In this document: in pieces, positions 21,538-30,644 of the stretch
Layout: every line of letters starts with the position of its first letter
Position numbering within the stretch: the first letter of the stretch is position 1
Source: Hyalangium minutum
GTDB taxonomy: Bacteria > Myxococcota > Myxococcia > Myxococcales > Myxococcaceae
NCBI RefSeq assembly: GCF_000737315.1
Contig: NZ_JMCB01000024.1
Span: 1-64,000 of the forward strand
Direction: 5' to 3'
Length of the DNA stretch: 64,000 nt
Notes under the pieces: generated by a model
Told to the model about the DNA's origin: nothing
Databases searched by the model: none
What the model saw: the letters and a program-made list of their open reading frames with translations, nothing else
Made by a program: the position numbers and the translations under genes

Positions 21538-21545
21538 GCCCTCTC

Positions 21546-22154
21546 ATGCGTCCCCTGCTCTTCCTGTTGCTGGCCGTGCTGATCGCGGTGGCGGGTGCGT
21601 GCCGCTCGGCCGCGCCGGAGCTCCCGCTGCCCTCGGCCGAGGAGAACCGTCCGACGCCTCCAGGCCCCGCCAGCACGCTGGGGCCCGGCGACCTGGTGGA
21701 GGTGCGCGTCTTCCAGGAGCCTGATCACTCGGGCATCTGGCGGGTGTCCCCCGAGGGCACCATCGACTACCCGCTGTGCGGCAAGGTCGAGCTGGCGGGC
21801 CGCACCTCGAGCACAGCCGCGGATTCTCTTCGGGAGTGCCTGGCGCGATACCTCCGCCGGCCGCAGGTGTCGGTGCTCATCCGCGAGTACAACTCGAAGA
21901 AGATCTTCGTCTTCGGCGAGGTGCAGAAGCCCGGCACGTTCCCCTACGAGGGGGAGATGACCATCATCCAGGCCATTACCCTGGCTGGTGGCTTCACCAA
22001 GCTGGCCTCTCAGAACAACACGAACGTGACGCGGCTCGTTGACGGGCAGGAGCGGAAGATCCGTGTGCCGGTGGAGGACATCGGCGTGGGCCGCGAGAAG
22101 AACTTTCAGCTCCAACCGGGCGATATCGTCTTCGTGCCGGAGAGCTTCTTCTAG
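21546..22154 (+). CDS. wza: Polysaccharide export OPX/Wza lipoprotein (short myxobacterial type, WzaB-like)
   Basis: Lipobox VAGAC; Poly_export motif [12 protein letters not shown]...[16 protein letters not shown]; SLBB region VFGEVQKPG...[12 protein letters not shown]; no C-terminal membrane helix. Confidence 0.92.
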   Translation: MRPLLFLLLAVLIAVAGACRSAAPELPLPSAEENRPTPPGPASTLGPGDLVEVRVFQEPDHSGIWRVSPEGTIDYPLCGKVELAGRTSSTAADSLRECLARYLRRPQVSVLIREYNSKKIFVFGEVQKPGTFPYEGEMTIIQAITLAGGFTKLASQNNTNVTRLVDGQERKIRVPVEDIGVGREKNFQLQPGDIVFVPESFF

Positions 22155-22270
22155 GCGCCGCGCGAAATCGCGGGGCCCGGCTTGAATACTTTCACGCGGG
22201 CAGCGTACAGACGCTGCGCCTCGCTGCTGACCAGGCGGGCGTGCCCCTATCCATCTCAAGGAGATTCTCC

Positions 22271-22936
22271 GTGAAGCAGATTGTTCGTGCCGTACTGGTG
22301 TCGTCCCTGTTTGCCTCGTCCGCAGCCTTGGCCCAGGGCGTGAACATGAACATCCAGGTGGACGAGGACGGCAACCCCACCTCGGCCAACATCCAGGTGC
22401 AGGGCATGGATGAGAATGGCGCCGGCGCCAACGTGCGCGTGCACGGCAGCACGACGACGACCACCACCACGACCACCACGCGCACGAGGGTGCGGAACGG
22501 GGTGAAGACCGAGGAGAGCTTCACGGAGACGGAGTCGGGCCCGGCCCACGCGCGCCCCATGCCGCCCCCTCCTTCCGAGCCGGCCTTTCGTGACTGCGGC
22601 ACCGGCCGCGACCCGGGCTGCACGATGACGCGCGACGGCAAGTACGCGATGGACGGGGAGACCTGGAAGGGCTTCTACCAGTCGCTCAAGTCGCAATCGA
22701 ACGAGATCTCCCGCGAGGAGATGGCGGAGAAGATGCTCAAGCGGAACTACATCACGGCGGCGCAGCTGGGCATGCTGCTGGACCTGTTCAACAACGAGAT
22801 CACCCGCCTGGACGTGGCGAAGAACGCGGCCAACCACGTGGTGAACCCCCAGCACGCGCTGGGCTTCTCCTCGAAGTGGCGGAACTCCATCTCCGCCGAG
22901 GAGTACACGGACCTGATCTCCGAGCAGCAGCCGTAA
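22271..22936 (+). CDS. Exported DUF4476-like protein
   Basis: AAGGAGA RBS plus GTG; signal ending ALAQ; poly-Thr stretch; C-terminal ..ITAAQL..LL.LF..E..RLDVAK pattern. Confidence 0.65.
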   Translation: MKQIVRAVLVSSLFASSAALAQGVNMNIQVDEDGNPTSANIQVQGMDENGAGANVRVHGSTTTTTTTTTTRTRVRNGVKTEESFTETESGPAHARPMPPPPSEPAFRDCGTGRDPGCTMTRDGKYAMDGETWKGFYQSLKSQSNEISREEMAEKMLKRNYITAAQLGMLLDLFNNEITRLDVAKNAANHVVNPQHALGFSSKWRNSISAEEYTDLISEQQP

Positions 22937-22946
22937 TTCCGCGCGG

Positions 22947-23786
22947 CTAGGGCCTGGGGTCCCACCCCAGGTTCGCCAGGGCCTGGCGGCACTCTCTCTG
23001 GAGCACCGCCGCCAGTCCCGGAGCCCCGGCCAGCACGTTGCCCTTCATGACGTCGAATGGCGAGCCGTCGATCTGCGACATCACCCCGCCCGCCTCCGTC
23101 ACCAGCAGCGAGCCCGCGCCAATGTCCCAGGGCTTGAGGTTGAACTCGAAGAAGCCGTCGAAGCGCCCCGCCGCCACGTACGCCAAGTCCAGCGCGGCGC
23201 TGCCCGTGCGCCGGATGCCCTGAGCGCGGCGGATGAAGTGGTTGAGCAGCCCCACCGGCCCGTCCGGTTTCTCGCGCACGTCGTAGGGGAAGCCCGTGCA
23301 CAGCAGGGCGCGCTCCAGCTCCGTGGTGGCGCTGGCCTTCAGCGGCCGCCCGTTGAGCGTGGCACCCTCGCCGCGTGCCGCGGAGAAGAGCTCGTCCAGC
23401 ATCGGGTTGTACACCACGCCCGCGAGCACCCCGTCCGGCCCGTCCACCGCCACGCTCACGCAGAAGTGCGGCACGTGGTGGGCGTAGTTCGTCGTCCCAT
23501 CCAGCGGATCAATGAGCCACCGCAGCTCCGAGCCCCGGGAGGCTCCGCTCTCCTCGGCGAGGATGGAGTGGCCTGGGTGGCGCTCGCGCAGGAAGCGCAG
23601 CAGCACCTCTTCCGCGGCCGTGTCCGCGTCCGTGACGAGATCGATCGAGCTGCGCTTGAACTCGATGGTGCGCTCCCCCTGGAAGCGCTCGGCGAGAACG
23701 CGGCCCGCGAGCCGGGCTCCCTCCTCCGCGGTGCGGCGCAGCGCCGCGGGCGTCTCCTGCTCCATGGCCGTGCCTGCGGTGCTCAT
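22947..23786 (-). CDS. suhB: Inositol monophosphatase family protein
   Basis: DLVTDAD, ILAEESG, WLIDPLDGTTNYAH, RRTGSAALDLAYVAAG, WDIGAG. Confidence 0.93.
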   Translation of the reverse strand: MSTAGTAMEQETPAALRRTAEEGARLAGRVLAERFQGERTIEFKRSSIDLVTDADTAAEEVLLRFLRERHPGHSILAEESGASRGSELRWLIDPLDGTTNYAHHVPHFCVSVAVDGPDGVLAGVVYNPMLDELFSAARGEGATLNGRPLKASATTELERALLCTGFPYDVREKPDGPVGLLNHFIRRAQGIRRTGSAALDLAYVAAGRFDGFFEFNLKPWDIGAGSLLVTEAGGVMSQIDGSPFDVMKGNVLAGAPGLAAVLQRECRQALANLGWDPRP

Positions 23787-24370
23787 CGCTTGCCCTTCTC
23801 TTGGAGGAGCTGCTCGATCTCGGTCTGGTACTGCTGGAGGAAGGTCTCGGAGAAGCCCTCGTGGACGAAGCGGACCACGCCCTCGCTGTCCAGGATAAAG
23901 GTGGTGGGCATCATCTTCACGCCCAGCGTCTTCTCGGCCACCTGCGCGTTGGCATCCACCAGGATGGGCAGGCTCACCTTCGTCTCCTGGAGGAAGGGCG
24001 GAATCGCGCGCGAGTCCTCATCCACGTTCAGCGCGTACACCTTGAGCCCCTTGCTGCCGTACTCCTTGGCCAACTGCTCGTAGATCGGCAGCGCGTCCCG
24101 GCACGGCTCGCACCAGGTGGCCCACACGTCCAGCAGCACCACGCTGCCCCGGTCGCTCGCCACGGTGTAGGGCGAGCCGTCCGGGTAGCGCTTCACCTCG
24201 AAGCTCAGCGGCTCGCGCAGGGCGCCCCGGAACTGTCCCAGGTCATCCGGCGAGGTGGTGGGCGCCATGGGAGCGGCGCGATTCCCCGCCACGAGCGGCG
24301 GGAGCGCGGGGTTCTGCGTCGTACAGCCCGCCAGTGCCAGCCCCCCGAGGGCCCCGAGCAACGTGCGCAT
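23783..24370 (-). CDS. TlpA-like thiol:disulfide oxidoreductase lipoprotein
   Basis: Lipobox LAGC; WATWCEPC active site; MPTTFILD cis-Pro motif. Confidence 0.92.
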   Translation of the reverse strand: MRTLLGALGGLALAGCTTQNPALPPLVAGNRAAPMAPTTSPDDLGQFRGALREPLSFEVKRYPDGSPYTVASDRGSVVLLDVWATWCEPCRDALPIYEQLAKEYGSKGLKVYALNVDEDSRAIPPFLQETKVSLPILVDANAQVAEKTLGVKMMPTTFILDSEGVVRFVHEGFSETFLQQYQTEIEQLLQEKGKR

Positions 24371-24373
24371 GGA

Positions 24374-25840
24374 CTACCCCTCCCCCGCTCGGGCCTTGAG
24401 CGCCGCGAGCAGCTTGTCGATGAAACCACCGAACGCGCCGTTGCTCATGACGAGCAGCACGTCCCCCTTCTGGGACTCGCGCGCCACGCGCTCCACGAGC
24501 GTGGGCACATCCGTCGAGGAGTCCGCCTGGATGCCCTGAGCCTTGAGCGCCTCGCACACCCGGGGCACGTCCAGCTCCTCGCTCAGGGGCACCTTGTCGT
24601 GATGCTCGGGGACCTTGAGGCTGGCGCGCGTGGCGCCGGTGAAGGAGTGCGCGTAGTCCTCCTGGTGGATATTGCGGCGGCTCGTGTTGGAGCGCGGCTC
24701 GAAGACGGCCCACAGCCGCCGCTCCGGGTAGCGGTGGCGGATGGCGGCGATCGTCTCCCGCACCGCCGTGGGGTGGTGCGCGAAGTCGTCCACCACGAGG
24801 ATGCCACCCACCTCGCCCCGCACCTCCTGGCGCCGCTTCACGCCCTGGAAGCTGGCCAGCCCCTTGGCGATCTCCTCGAAGGACAAGCCCAGCCCGCGCG
24901 CGGCGGCGATGACGCTCAGCGCGTTCTCCACGTTGTGCGCGCCGGACAACTGCATGCGCGCCGTGCCCAGCACCGCGCCGCGTTCAATCACCTCGAAGCG
25001 AGCGCCCTCGGGGCCGAATGTCACGTTGCGCGGCGTGTAGTCCGCCGTGGCGCCCTCTTTGGCCACGTACGTCACCACCCGTCCCTTCGTGCCCTGGGCG
25101 ATGCGCAGCGCGTTGGGGTACGCCGCGCAGACGATGAGCTGGCCGTCCGCGGGGATGAGCTTCACGAACTTCTCGAACGTGGCCTCGTAGTGCGGCAAGT
25201 CCCGGAAGATGTCCGCGTGGTCGAACTCCACACTGGTGAGGATGGCGGTGCGCGGCTGGTAGTGGAGGAACTTGGAGCCCTTGTCCCAGTACGAGGTGTC
25301 GTACTCATCGCCCTCCACCACGAAGTGGGCGCCCTTCCCCACGCGGTAGTTGCCCGCGTAGTTCTGGGTGACGCCGCCCACGAGGAAGGACGGATCCTTC
25401 CCGGCCTCCACCAGCACGTGCGCCATGATCGAGGAAGTGGTCGTCTTGCCGTGAGTGCCGGCCACCACCACCGAGTGCGCGCGCTTGAGGAAGAGCGAGC
25501 CCAGCGCCGCCGGGAAGCTCATCTGCGGGAGGCGGCGGTTGCGGACCTCGGTGGCCTCGGGGTTCACCCGGCGGATGACGTTGCCGATGATGACGAGATC
25601 CGGCTTCGCCGTGTCCAGGTTCTCGGGGCGGTACGGGGTGAGGACAGGGATGTTCCATGCCTTGAGCATGTCGCTCATCGGCGGGTAGACGTTCTCGTCG
25701 CTGCCCGTCACCTCGTAGCCGGCGGCCTTGAGCATGCCGCCGAACGAGCCCATTCCGGTGCCCGCCACGCCCACCAGGTGGATGCGGCGCGCGGTGCCGG
25801 GCTCGATGGTCTCCAGGACGTTTCCGTTGTCGTCAGCCAT
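24374..25840 (-). CDS. mpl: Murein peptide ligase Mpl (MurC-like)
   Basis: IHLVGVAGTGMG, VAGTHGKTTT, VEGDEYD, EFDHADIF, DDFAHHPT, FEPRSNTSRR, MSNGAFGG. Confidence 0.93.
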   Translation of the reverse strand: MADDNGNVLETIEPGTARRIHLVGVAGTGMGSFGGMLKAAGYEVTGSDENVYPPMSDMLKAWNIPVLTPYRPENLDTAKPDLVIIGNVIRRVNPEATEVRNRRLPQMSFPAALGSLFLKRAHSVVVAGTHGKTTTSSIMAHVLVEAGKDPSFLVGGVTQNYAGNYRVGKGAHFVVEGDEYDTSYWDKGSKFLHYQPRTAILTSVEFDHADIFRDLPHYEATFEKFVKLIPADGQLIVCAAYPNALRIAQGTKGRVVTYVAKEGATADYTPRNVTFGPEGARFEVIERGAVLGTARMQLSGAHNVENALSVIAAARGLGLSFEEIAKGLASFQGVKRRQEVRGEVGGILVVDDFAHHPTAVRETIAAIRHRYPERRLWAVFEPRSNTSRRNIHQEDYAHSFTGATRASLKVPEHHDKVPLSEELDVPRVCEALKAQGIQADSSTDVPTLVERVARESQKGDVLLVMSNGAFGGFIDKLLAALKARAGEG

Positions 25841-25852
25841 GGTTCCCTTGCG

Positions 25853-27013
25853 TCAGTTCGTCGGGTCGGCGATGCCCAGCACATCCACCACGACATCGTG
25901 GAAGAAGGGGCGGAAGTCGCGGATGCGCTGCTCCTTGCGGCCGTGCGCCACGCGGTTGGTGACGAGCGCCACCACGAGCGAGCGCCGCAGGTCTACCCAG
26001 AGGCTGGTGCCGGTGAAGCCCAGGTGGCCCACCGCCCCCGGCGGCGCGTTGCCGATGAAGTGACCCGCGCTGGAGCCCTCCACCGAGGGCGAGTCGAAGC
26101 CCATGCGGCGCGTGCTGCCCTCCACGAACGGATCCGCGGCCATCAGGCGGTGCCACAAGGGCCCCGGCGCCAGCACCGGCGTGCCCGAGCACCCCGCCAG
26201 CACCGCATTGCCGAAGCGGGCCACGTCCACGGCTGTGCCAAAGAGACCCGCGTGGCCGCTCACGCCGTCCATCACCCAGGCGTTGTCGTCATCCACCTCG
26301 CCGGGAGGGCTGGGCCGCGTGGGAAGCTCGCCCCACAAGCCTTCCTGGCCGGGAGCGGGCTCTCGGGGACGGGTCGGGCCCGTGGGGGCCACCTTGCCGT
26401 CGGTGGACAGCTCGGAGAGGCGGTGGAAGCGCGCGCCGACACCCAGCGGCTCGGCGACATATTGGTTGAAGAGGAAATCCAGCGGCTTGCCCGCGGCGCG
26501 GGAGAGGATCTCCCCCAGGAGGATGAAGCCCACGTCGCTGTAGGCGGCGCACGTGCGCGGCGGAGCGGCGAGCGGCGTCTGCGCGGCAGCCTGGACCACC
26601 TCCTCGCGGACACGGGCGCGGGTAGCAGGAGGGCAGGCCGAGTCGAGCAGCTCCGGGTGGGAGGTGAGTGCCTGGGCGAAGAACGGGATGAAGGGCGGCA
26701 GGCCCGAGCGGTGGTAGAGCAGATCCGCCACGGTGGCGCCGGCCTCGCCCACCGGAGAGCCGGGGAAGAAGCGGCCTACCTGGGTCTCGGGGCCGACCTT
26801 GCCCTCGGTCCACAGGTTCAGGAAGAGCGCGGTGGTGCAGAAGACCTTGGTGACGGAGGCCAGGTCGAAGCGCATGTCGCCCGTAGCGGCGCCAGCCACG
26901 CCTCCGAAGACCTGGATGCCCCGGTGGAGCACCACCGCCTGCGCGGACGGGAAGAGGCCGCTCGCCACGGCTTCGTCGAGGACGCTCTGAAGGGTGCCGA
27001 TGGGGTGGCTCAT
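25853..27013 (-). CDS. Serine hydrolase, beta-lactamase/AmpH-like family
   Basis: FDLASVTK (SxxK), LLYHRSGL, YSDVGF, GHAGLF, GHLGFTGTSLW. Confidence 0.9.
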   Translation of the reverse strand: MSHPIGTLQSVLDEAVASGLFPSAQAVVLHRGIQVFGGVAGAATGDMRFDLASVTKVFCTTALFLNLWTEGKVGPETQVGRFFPGSPVGEAGATVADLLYHRSGLPPFIPFFAQALTSHPELLDSACPPATRARVREEVVQAAAQTPLAAPPRTCAAYSDVGFILLGEILSRAAGKPLDFLFNQYVAEPLGVGARFHRLSELSTDGKVAPTGPTRPREPAPGQEGLWGELPTRPSPPGEVDDDNAWVMDGVSGHAGLFGTAVDVARFGNAVLAGCSGTPVLAPGPLWHRLMAADPFVEGSTRRMGFDSPSVEGSSAGHFIGNAPPGAVGHLGFTGTSLWVDLRRSLVVALVTNRVAHGRKEQRIRDFRPFFHDVVVDVLGIADPTN

Positions 27014-27921
27014 GCGCGCACGGCTCCTTCGAGGAAGGTGAGGCGTGCCTCGCCCGCGTCCAAGCGCACGGAGGTGCCGAGCGGCACGGGCTGGTTGATG
27101 GCGCCGTGGCCGATGGGGAAGCCCGCGGCGCAGGGCAGGCCCGTCTCTTCCGCCAGCGAGCGCAGCACGTCCGCGCTGCTGTAGGCGCCGTTCTTCTCAT
27201 CACAGTCGGTGAAGTCGCCGAGGACGATGCCGCTGATACGCTCGAAGACGCCCGCGAGGCGCAGGTGGGTCCACATGCGATCGAGCCGGTAGGGGCGCTC
27301 GCCGACGTCCTCCAGGAGGAGCACCGCGCCGTCCCACTCGGGCAGGAAGGGCGTGCCGAGGAGCCGCGTCACGAGAGAGAGGTTGCCGCCAAGCAGAGGC
27401 CCTTCGGCGGTGCCGGAGACATAGGTGGCGGTGCCGGTGAGCGGGGGCGGCGGCTCGGGGGACTCGAGGAGGCGGAAGAGGCGCTCGTGGACATCCGAGG
27501 CCTGCTTGCCGAGCTGCGTGAGGACGGGTCCGTGGATGGAGACGCGGCCCTGGGCCTGGAGCGCGAGGTGGAGTGCGGTGAGGTCCGAGAAACCGACGAA
27601 GGCGCTGGGAGCGGCGTCGGCGAGGGGCAACTCCGGCAGGAGGCGCATGACGCCATATCCGCCGCGAGCGCAGAAGATGGCGCGGGCGCTCGCGTCCTGG
27701 AGGGCCTGGGTGAGCTCTTCGCGGCGGCGGCGGTCATCCCCGGCGAGGTAGCGGTGGGCCTCGAAGATGCCGGGGCTGTAGCGGGAGGAGTACCGCTGGG
27801 CGATGAGGGCGAGCCCCGCCTCGAAACCGGCCCGGTCGAAGGGCCCGGCGGGGGCGACCACGTGAACAGTGTCCCGAGGACGAAGGAGGAGCGGCTTCTG
27901 CCAGCGCACGGGCGCCTTCAT
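27010..27921 (-). CDS. ldcA: LD-carboxypeptidase, S66 family
   Basis: CARGGYG, VGFSDLT (Ser nucleophile), GGNLS, LLEDVGE, GFPIGHG. Start set at ATG 27921. Confidence 0.9.
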   Translation of the reverse strand: MKAPVRWQKPLLLRPRDTVHVVAPAGPFDRAGFEAGLALIAQRYSSRYSPGIFEAHRYLAGDDRRRREELTQALQDASARAIFCARGGYGVMRLLPELPLADAAPSAFVGFSDLTALHLALQAQGRVSIHGPVLTQLGKQASDVHERLFRLLESPEPPPPLTGTATYVSGTAEGPLLGGNLSLVTRLLGTPFLPEWDGAVLLLEDVGERPYRLDRMWTHLRLAGVFERISGIVLGDFTDCDEKNGAYSSADVLRSLAEETGLPCAAGFPIGHGAINQPVPLGTSVRLDAGEARLTFLEGAVRA

Positions 27922-28004
27922 AGCACCGAGCGCGCAGGGGGGACGGGACTTCAGAGGGGCCAGGGGGGCAAGCGTCCAAAACCCGCCTCCCCTCCCCTGG
28001 GCGC

Positions 28005-29252
28005 TTAGCTGGAGCGTTCGAGCACCGCCGCGAAGAAGGCATCGGTCCCGTGGCGGTGGGGGGCACAGAAGAGGAAACCGTCCTGGATGCACTCGGGACG
28101 GAGCCACCCGGCTCCAGGCGGGAGGAGCCGGAAGTCAGGCTGCTGGCGCAAAAAGCCGGCGACAAGGTCCTGGTTCTCTGCGCGGTTCACGGTGCACGTG
28201 GCGTAGACGAGCCGTCCACCCGGGCGCACGAGGTCCGCCGCCTGAGCGAGCAGCTGGCGCTGAAGGGGAACGAACTCCTCGAGGACGGAGGGGGACTTGA
28301 GGAAGCGCAGGTCAGGCCCTCGGCGGAGGGAGCCCAGCTCGGAGCAAGGGGCATCCACGAGGACCCGGTCCACAGCCATCCCAGAGGGGGGCGCCCGAAG
28401 GACGGAGACATTCGAGAGCCCGGCACGGGCACAGCGCCGCAGGAGCCGGTCGAGCCGCTCGGGGTCCGGGTCATAGGCCAGGAGCCGCCCCTTGTTCTCC
28501 ATGGCGGCACCGAGCTGGAGCGTCTTGCCCCCGGCGCCCGCACAGAGGTCAAGCACGGTCTCCCCAGGCTGGGCCTCCACGAGCAGCCCCAGGAGCTGGC
28601 TGCCCTCGTCCTGGACCTCGAAGAGGCCCTCCTGGAGAGAGGGGAGCCCATAGAGGTTGGGCCTGGGGCCTTCGAGCTGCAGGGCCAAGGGGCTCCAGGT
28701 GCCGGGGCGTGTCTCAAGACCCTCGGTGCGAAGGCGCTGGGCGAGCGCCTCACGAGAGGTGCGCAGGGGATTTACACGGAGCGTGATGGGGCCGGGGACA
28801 TTGAGATGGGCACAGAAGTCCTCGGCTTCGGAGACCCACTCCTGGGCGAAGTGGTCCGCGAGCCAATCTGGCAGGGAGGCTCGGAGGGCGAGCAACGGGG
28901 GCTCACCGGGGGTCAGCTCCGGGGGGGCATCCACCCCGGCGAGCGAGGCGGCCTCGGCCTGGGGCACTCCGGCGAGCCCGTGCAGGAGGGCATAAAGGAG
29001 CAATGGGGCGGGAGCGTCGTTCCGACCCAGAAGGTAGCCAAGGCGGCGGCGCCAGAGGCCGACGTTGAAGACGGCCTCCTTGAGGGCCTGTCGCTGGGGG
29101 GCCAAGAGCTGGCGGTGATCCCGGAGAGTCCGGTCCAGCACCCGCTCGGCGGGGGTGCCAGCGAGGACACGGGAGAGGGCCTCGGCGGCGACAGGGGCCA
29201 GGCCGGCCAGGGCGGACCAGGGTTGAGCGCGCAGGCGAACGAGCGGATCCAA
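28005..29252 (-). CDS. RsmB/NOP2 family RNA m5C methyltransferase
   Basis: VQDEGSQL, DLCAGAGGKT, VDAPCSELG..RR.PD, YATCT, HGTDAFF; TTG start. Confidence 0.92.
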   Translation of the reverse strand: MDPLVRLRAQPWSALAGLAPVAAEALSRVLAGTPAERVLDRTLRDHRQLLAPQRQALKEAVFNVGLWRRRLGYLLGRNDAPAPLLLYALLHGLAGVPQAEAASLAGVDAPPELTPGEPPLLALRASLPDWLADHFAQEWVSEAEDFCAHLNVPGPITLRVNPLRTSREALAQRLRTEGLETRPGTWSPLALQLEGPRPNLYGLPSLQEGLFEVQDEGSQLLGLLVEAQPGETVLDLCAGAGGKTLQLGAAMENKGRLLAYDPDPERLDRLLRRCARAGLSNVSVLRAPPSGMAVDRVLVDAPCSELGSLRRGPDLRFLKSPSVLEEFVPLQRQLLAQAADLVRPGGRLVYATCTVNRAENQDLVAGFLRQQPDFRLLPPGAGWLRPECIQDGFLFCAPHRHGTDAFFAAVLERSS

Positions 29253-29260
29253 TCGGACTG

Positions 29261-29289
29261 TTGACAGGTGGGCCTCCCTTCTCTAGAAC
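29261..29289 (+). promoter_or_regulatory. Sigma70-type promoter of tRNA-Asn
   Basis: TTGACA (29261-66), 17-bp spacer, TAGAAC (29284-89), ending about 40 bp upstream of the tRNA. Confidence 0.75.
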
Positions 29290-29330
29290 ACACCCCGTCG
29301 CAGCGACGCGAGTCTCTGCGGCGGACATAT

Positions 29331-29403
29331 TCCCCGATAGCTCAGCCGGTAGAGCGGGTGACTGTTAATCACTAGGTCCGTGGTTCGAGTCCACGTCGGG
29401 GAG
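29331..29403 (+). tRNA. tRNA-Asn (GTT); CCA not encoded
   Basis: Cloverleaf: acceptor TCCCCGA/TCGGGGA, D-arm GCTC/GAGC, anticodon arm GGTGA-CTGTTAA-TCACT, T-arm CGTGG-TTCGAGT-CCACG. Confidence 0.97.
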
Positions 29404-29412
29404 CAGACAATG

Positions 29413-29449
29413 AAGGGCCCCGGACGAAAGTCCGGGGCCCTTTTCTTTT
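29413..29449 (+). terminator. Intrinsic terminator after tRNA-Asn
   Basis: AAGGGCCCCGGAC-GAAA-GTCCGGGGCCCTT perfect stem followed by TTCTTTT. Confidence 0.9.
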
Positions 29450-29542
29450 GCGCAGGCTGGCCATCCCAGCGTCTCCCTCGCCAATGCCCTAGGATTGAGC
29501 CCTGGTGGCACTGAGCAGTCCGTGCACTCCCAAGGGGGGCGA

Positions 29543-30631
29543 GTGAGCAAGGTCTACATCAACGGTCGCTCTGTCATCCACAAGGGGGATGGCCAGATCA
29601 ACACGAGCTCGGTGCCGGACGTGTGCAAGACGCCCTCCCCGGGCGGTCCTGTACCCATTCCCTATGTGAACGTGGCGAAGGACGCGGACCTCTCCCAAGG
29701 AAGCCAGTCCGTATCCATCGAGGGACACGCGGTGGCCCTCCAAGGCTCCAGCCTGAGTACCAGCAGCGGCGACGAGCCAGGAACCGCTGGCGGCGGCCTT
29801 ATCTCCTCGAAAACAAAGGGGAAGATGACCTGGGGTAGTTCCAGCATCGACGTGAAGATCGAGGGCAAGGGGGCCATTCGCTTCTTGGACGTCACTCAGC
29901 ACAACGGCAACACCTTCAATACTACATTCATACAACAGGGGGGAACAGGGTTCGCCTATGGCGACGACCCCATCGACGCCGAATCTTCCGATTGCCCCAA
30001 GTGCAACAAGAACAAGGCCCTGCACGCCATTCTCGAAACCCTGGAGAGTGAATCCCTGACACGAGTATTGGCAGGTCAGATCGATCTGGTCCGGCTCAAG
30101 AAGAGCCACCTTCAGACGCTTCGAGGCAAAGGCAAGAGCAAGAGAGGCTATATGATCGGCATTCTCCTCTGCAAATGCCGCAAGTTCGTCTATGCCGCAA
30201 TGTCTGGGGAGGAGACCCTTCCTGGCTTCGAAGAGGCCGTCAAGCAACTTGAGACAACAGACCCTCTGAAGCGGGAGTGGGTTGTGTGTGGGCGGGTAGA
30301 TTTCACCCAGATGCACAACAGTGAAGGACTCATCCCTGACAGTGAGAGCTTCTTCAACACATTGGCTGTACCTCCGCAAGGCAACATCCCAGGAGTTTGT
30401 GCTGCACCGAAACTCCTCCAGACAGCCCAGCAGAGCAAGCACCGCCCTGCTCACATGACCGAAGTCTATTACAGTCCTGGAATCGCAAAAACTGTCGAGG
30501 TGACCTTCTTCCGGGACGGGAAACCAGTCACTGAGAATTTCGGCCATGGGGCTACGACCCCATCATGCTCCACGTGCCAGCTTCACGTCACCCCTATGCT
30601 CTGTGGGAACAACGAGGCTGTGTGCAGTTGA
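29543..30631 (+). CDS. PAAR-like (DUF4150) protein with C-terminal Cys-rich toxin domain (putative T6SS effector)
   Basis: GTG start after AAGGGGGG; DUF4150 motifs SVPDVCKTPSPGGPVPIPYVN, SSGDEPGTAGGG.IS, V.IEGK...RFLD...HN; C-terminus with CxC, CAAPKLL and PSCSTC; visibly more AT-rich codons than flanks. Confidence 0.88.
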   Translation: MSKVYINGRSVIHKGDGQINTSSVPDVCKTPSPGGPVPIPYVNVAKDADLSQGSQSVSIEGHAVALQGSSLSTSSGDEPGTAGGGLISSKTKGKMTWGSSSIDVKIEGKGAIRFLDVTQHNGNTFNTTFIQQGGTGFAYGDDPIDAESSDCPKCNKNKALHAILETLESESLTRVLAGQIDLVRLKKSHLQTLRGKGKSKRGYMIGILLCKCRKFVYAAMSGEETLPGFEEAVKQLETTDPLKREWVVCGRVDFTQMHNSEGLIPDSESFFNTLAVPPQGNIPGVCAAPKLLQTAQQSKHRPAHMTEVYYSPGIAKTVEVTFFRDGKPVTENFGHGATTPSCSTCQLHVTPMLCGNNEAVCS

Positions 30632-30644
30632 CAAGAGAGTTGCT

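Noticed and set aside
9770-22490. Pro/Ala-rich, Gly-rich and poly-Thr low-complexity tracts as special repeats
   Set aside because: Ordinary flexible linkers within periplasmic proteins of high-GC myxobacteria.
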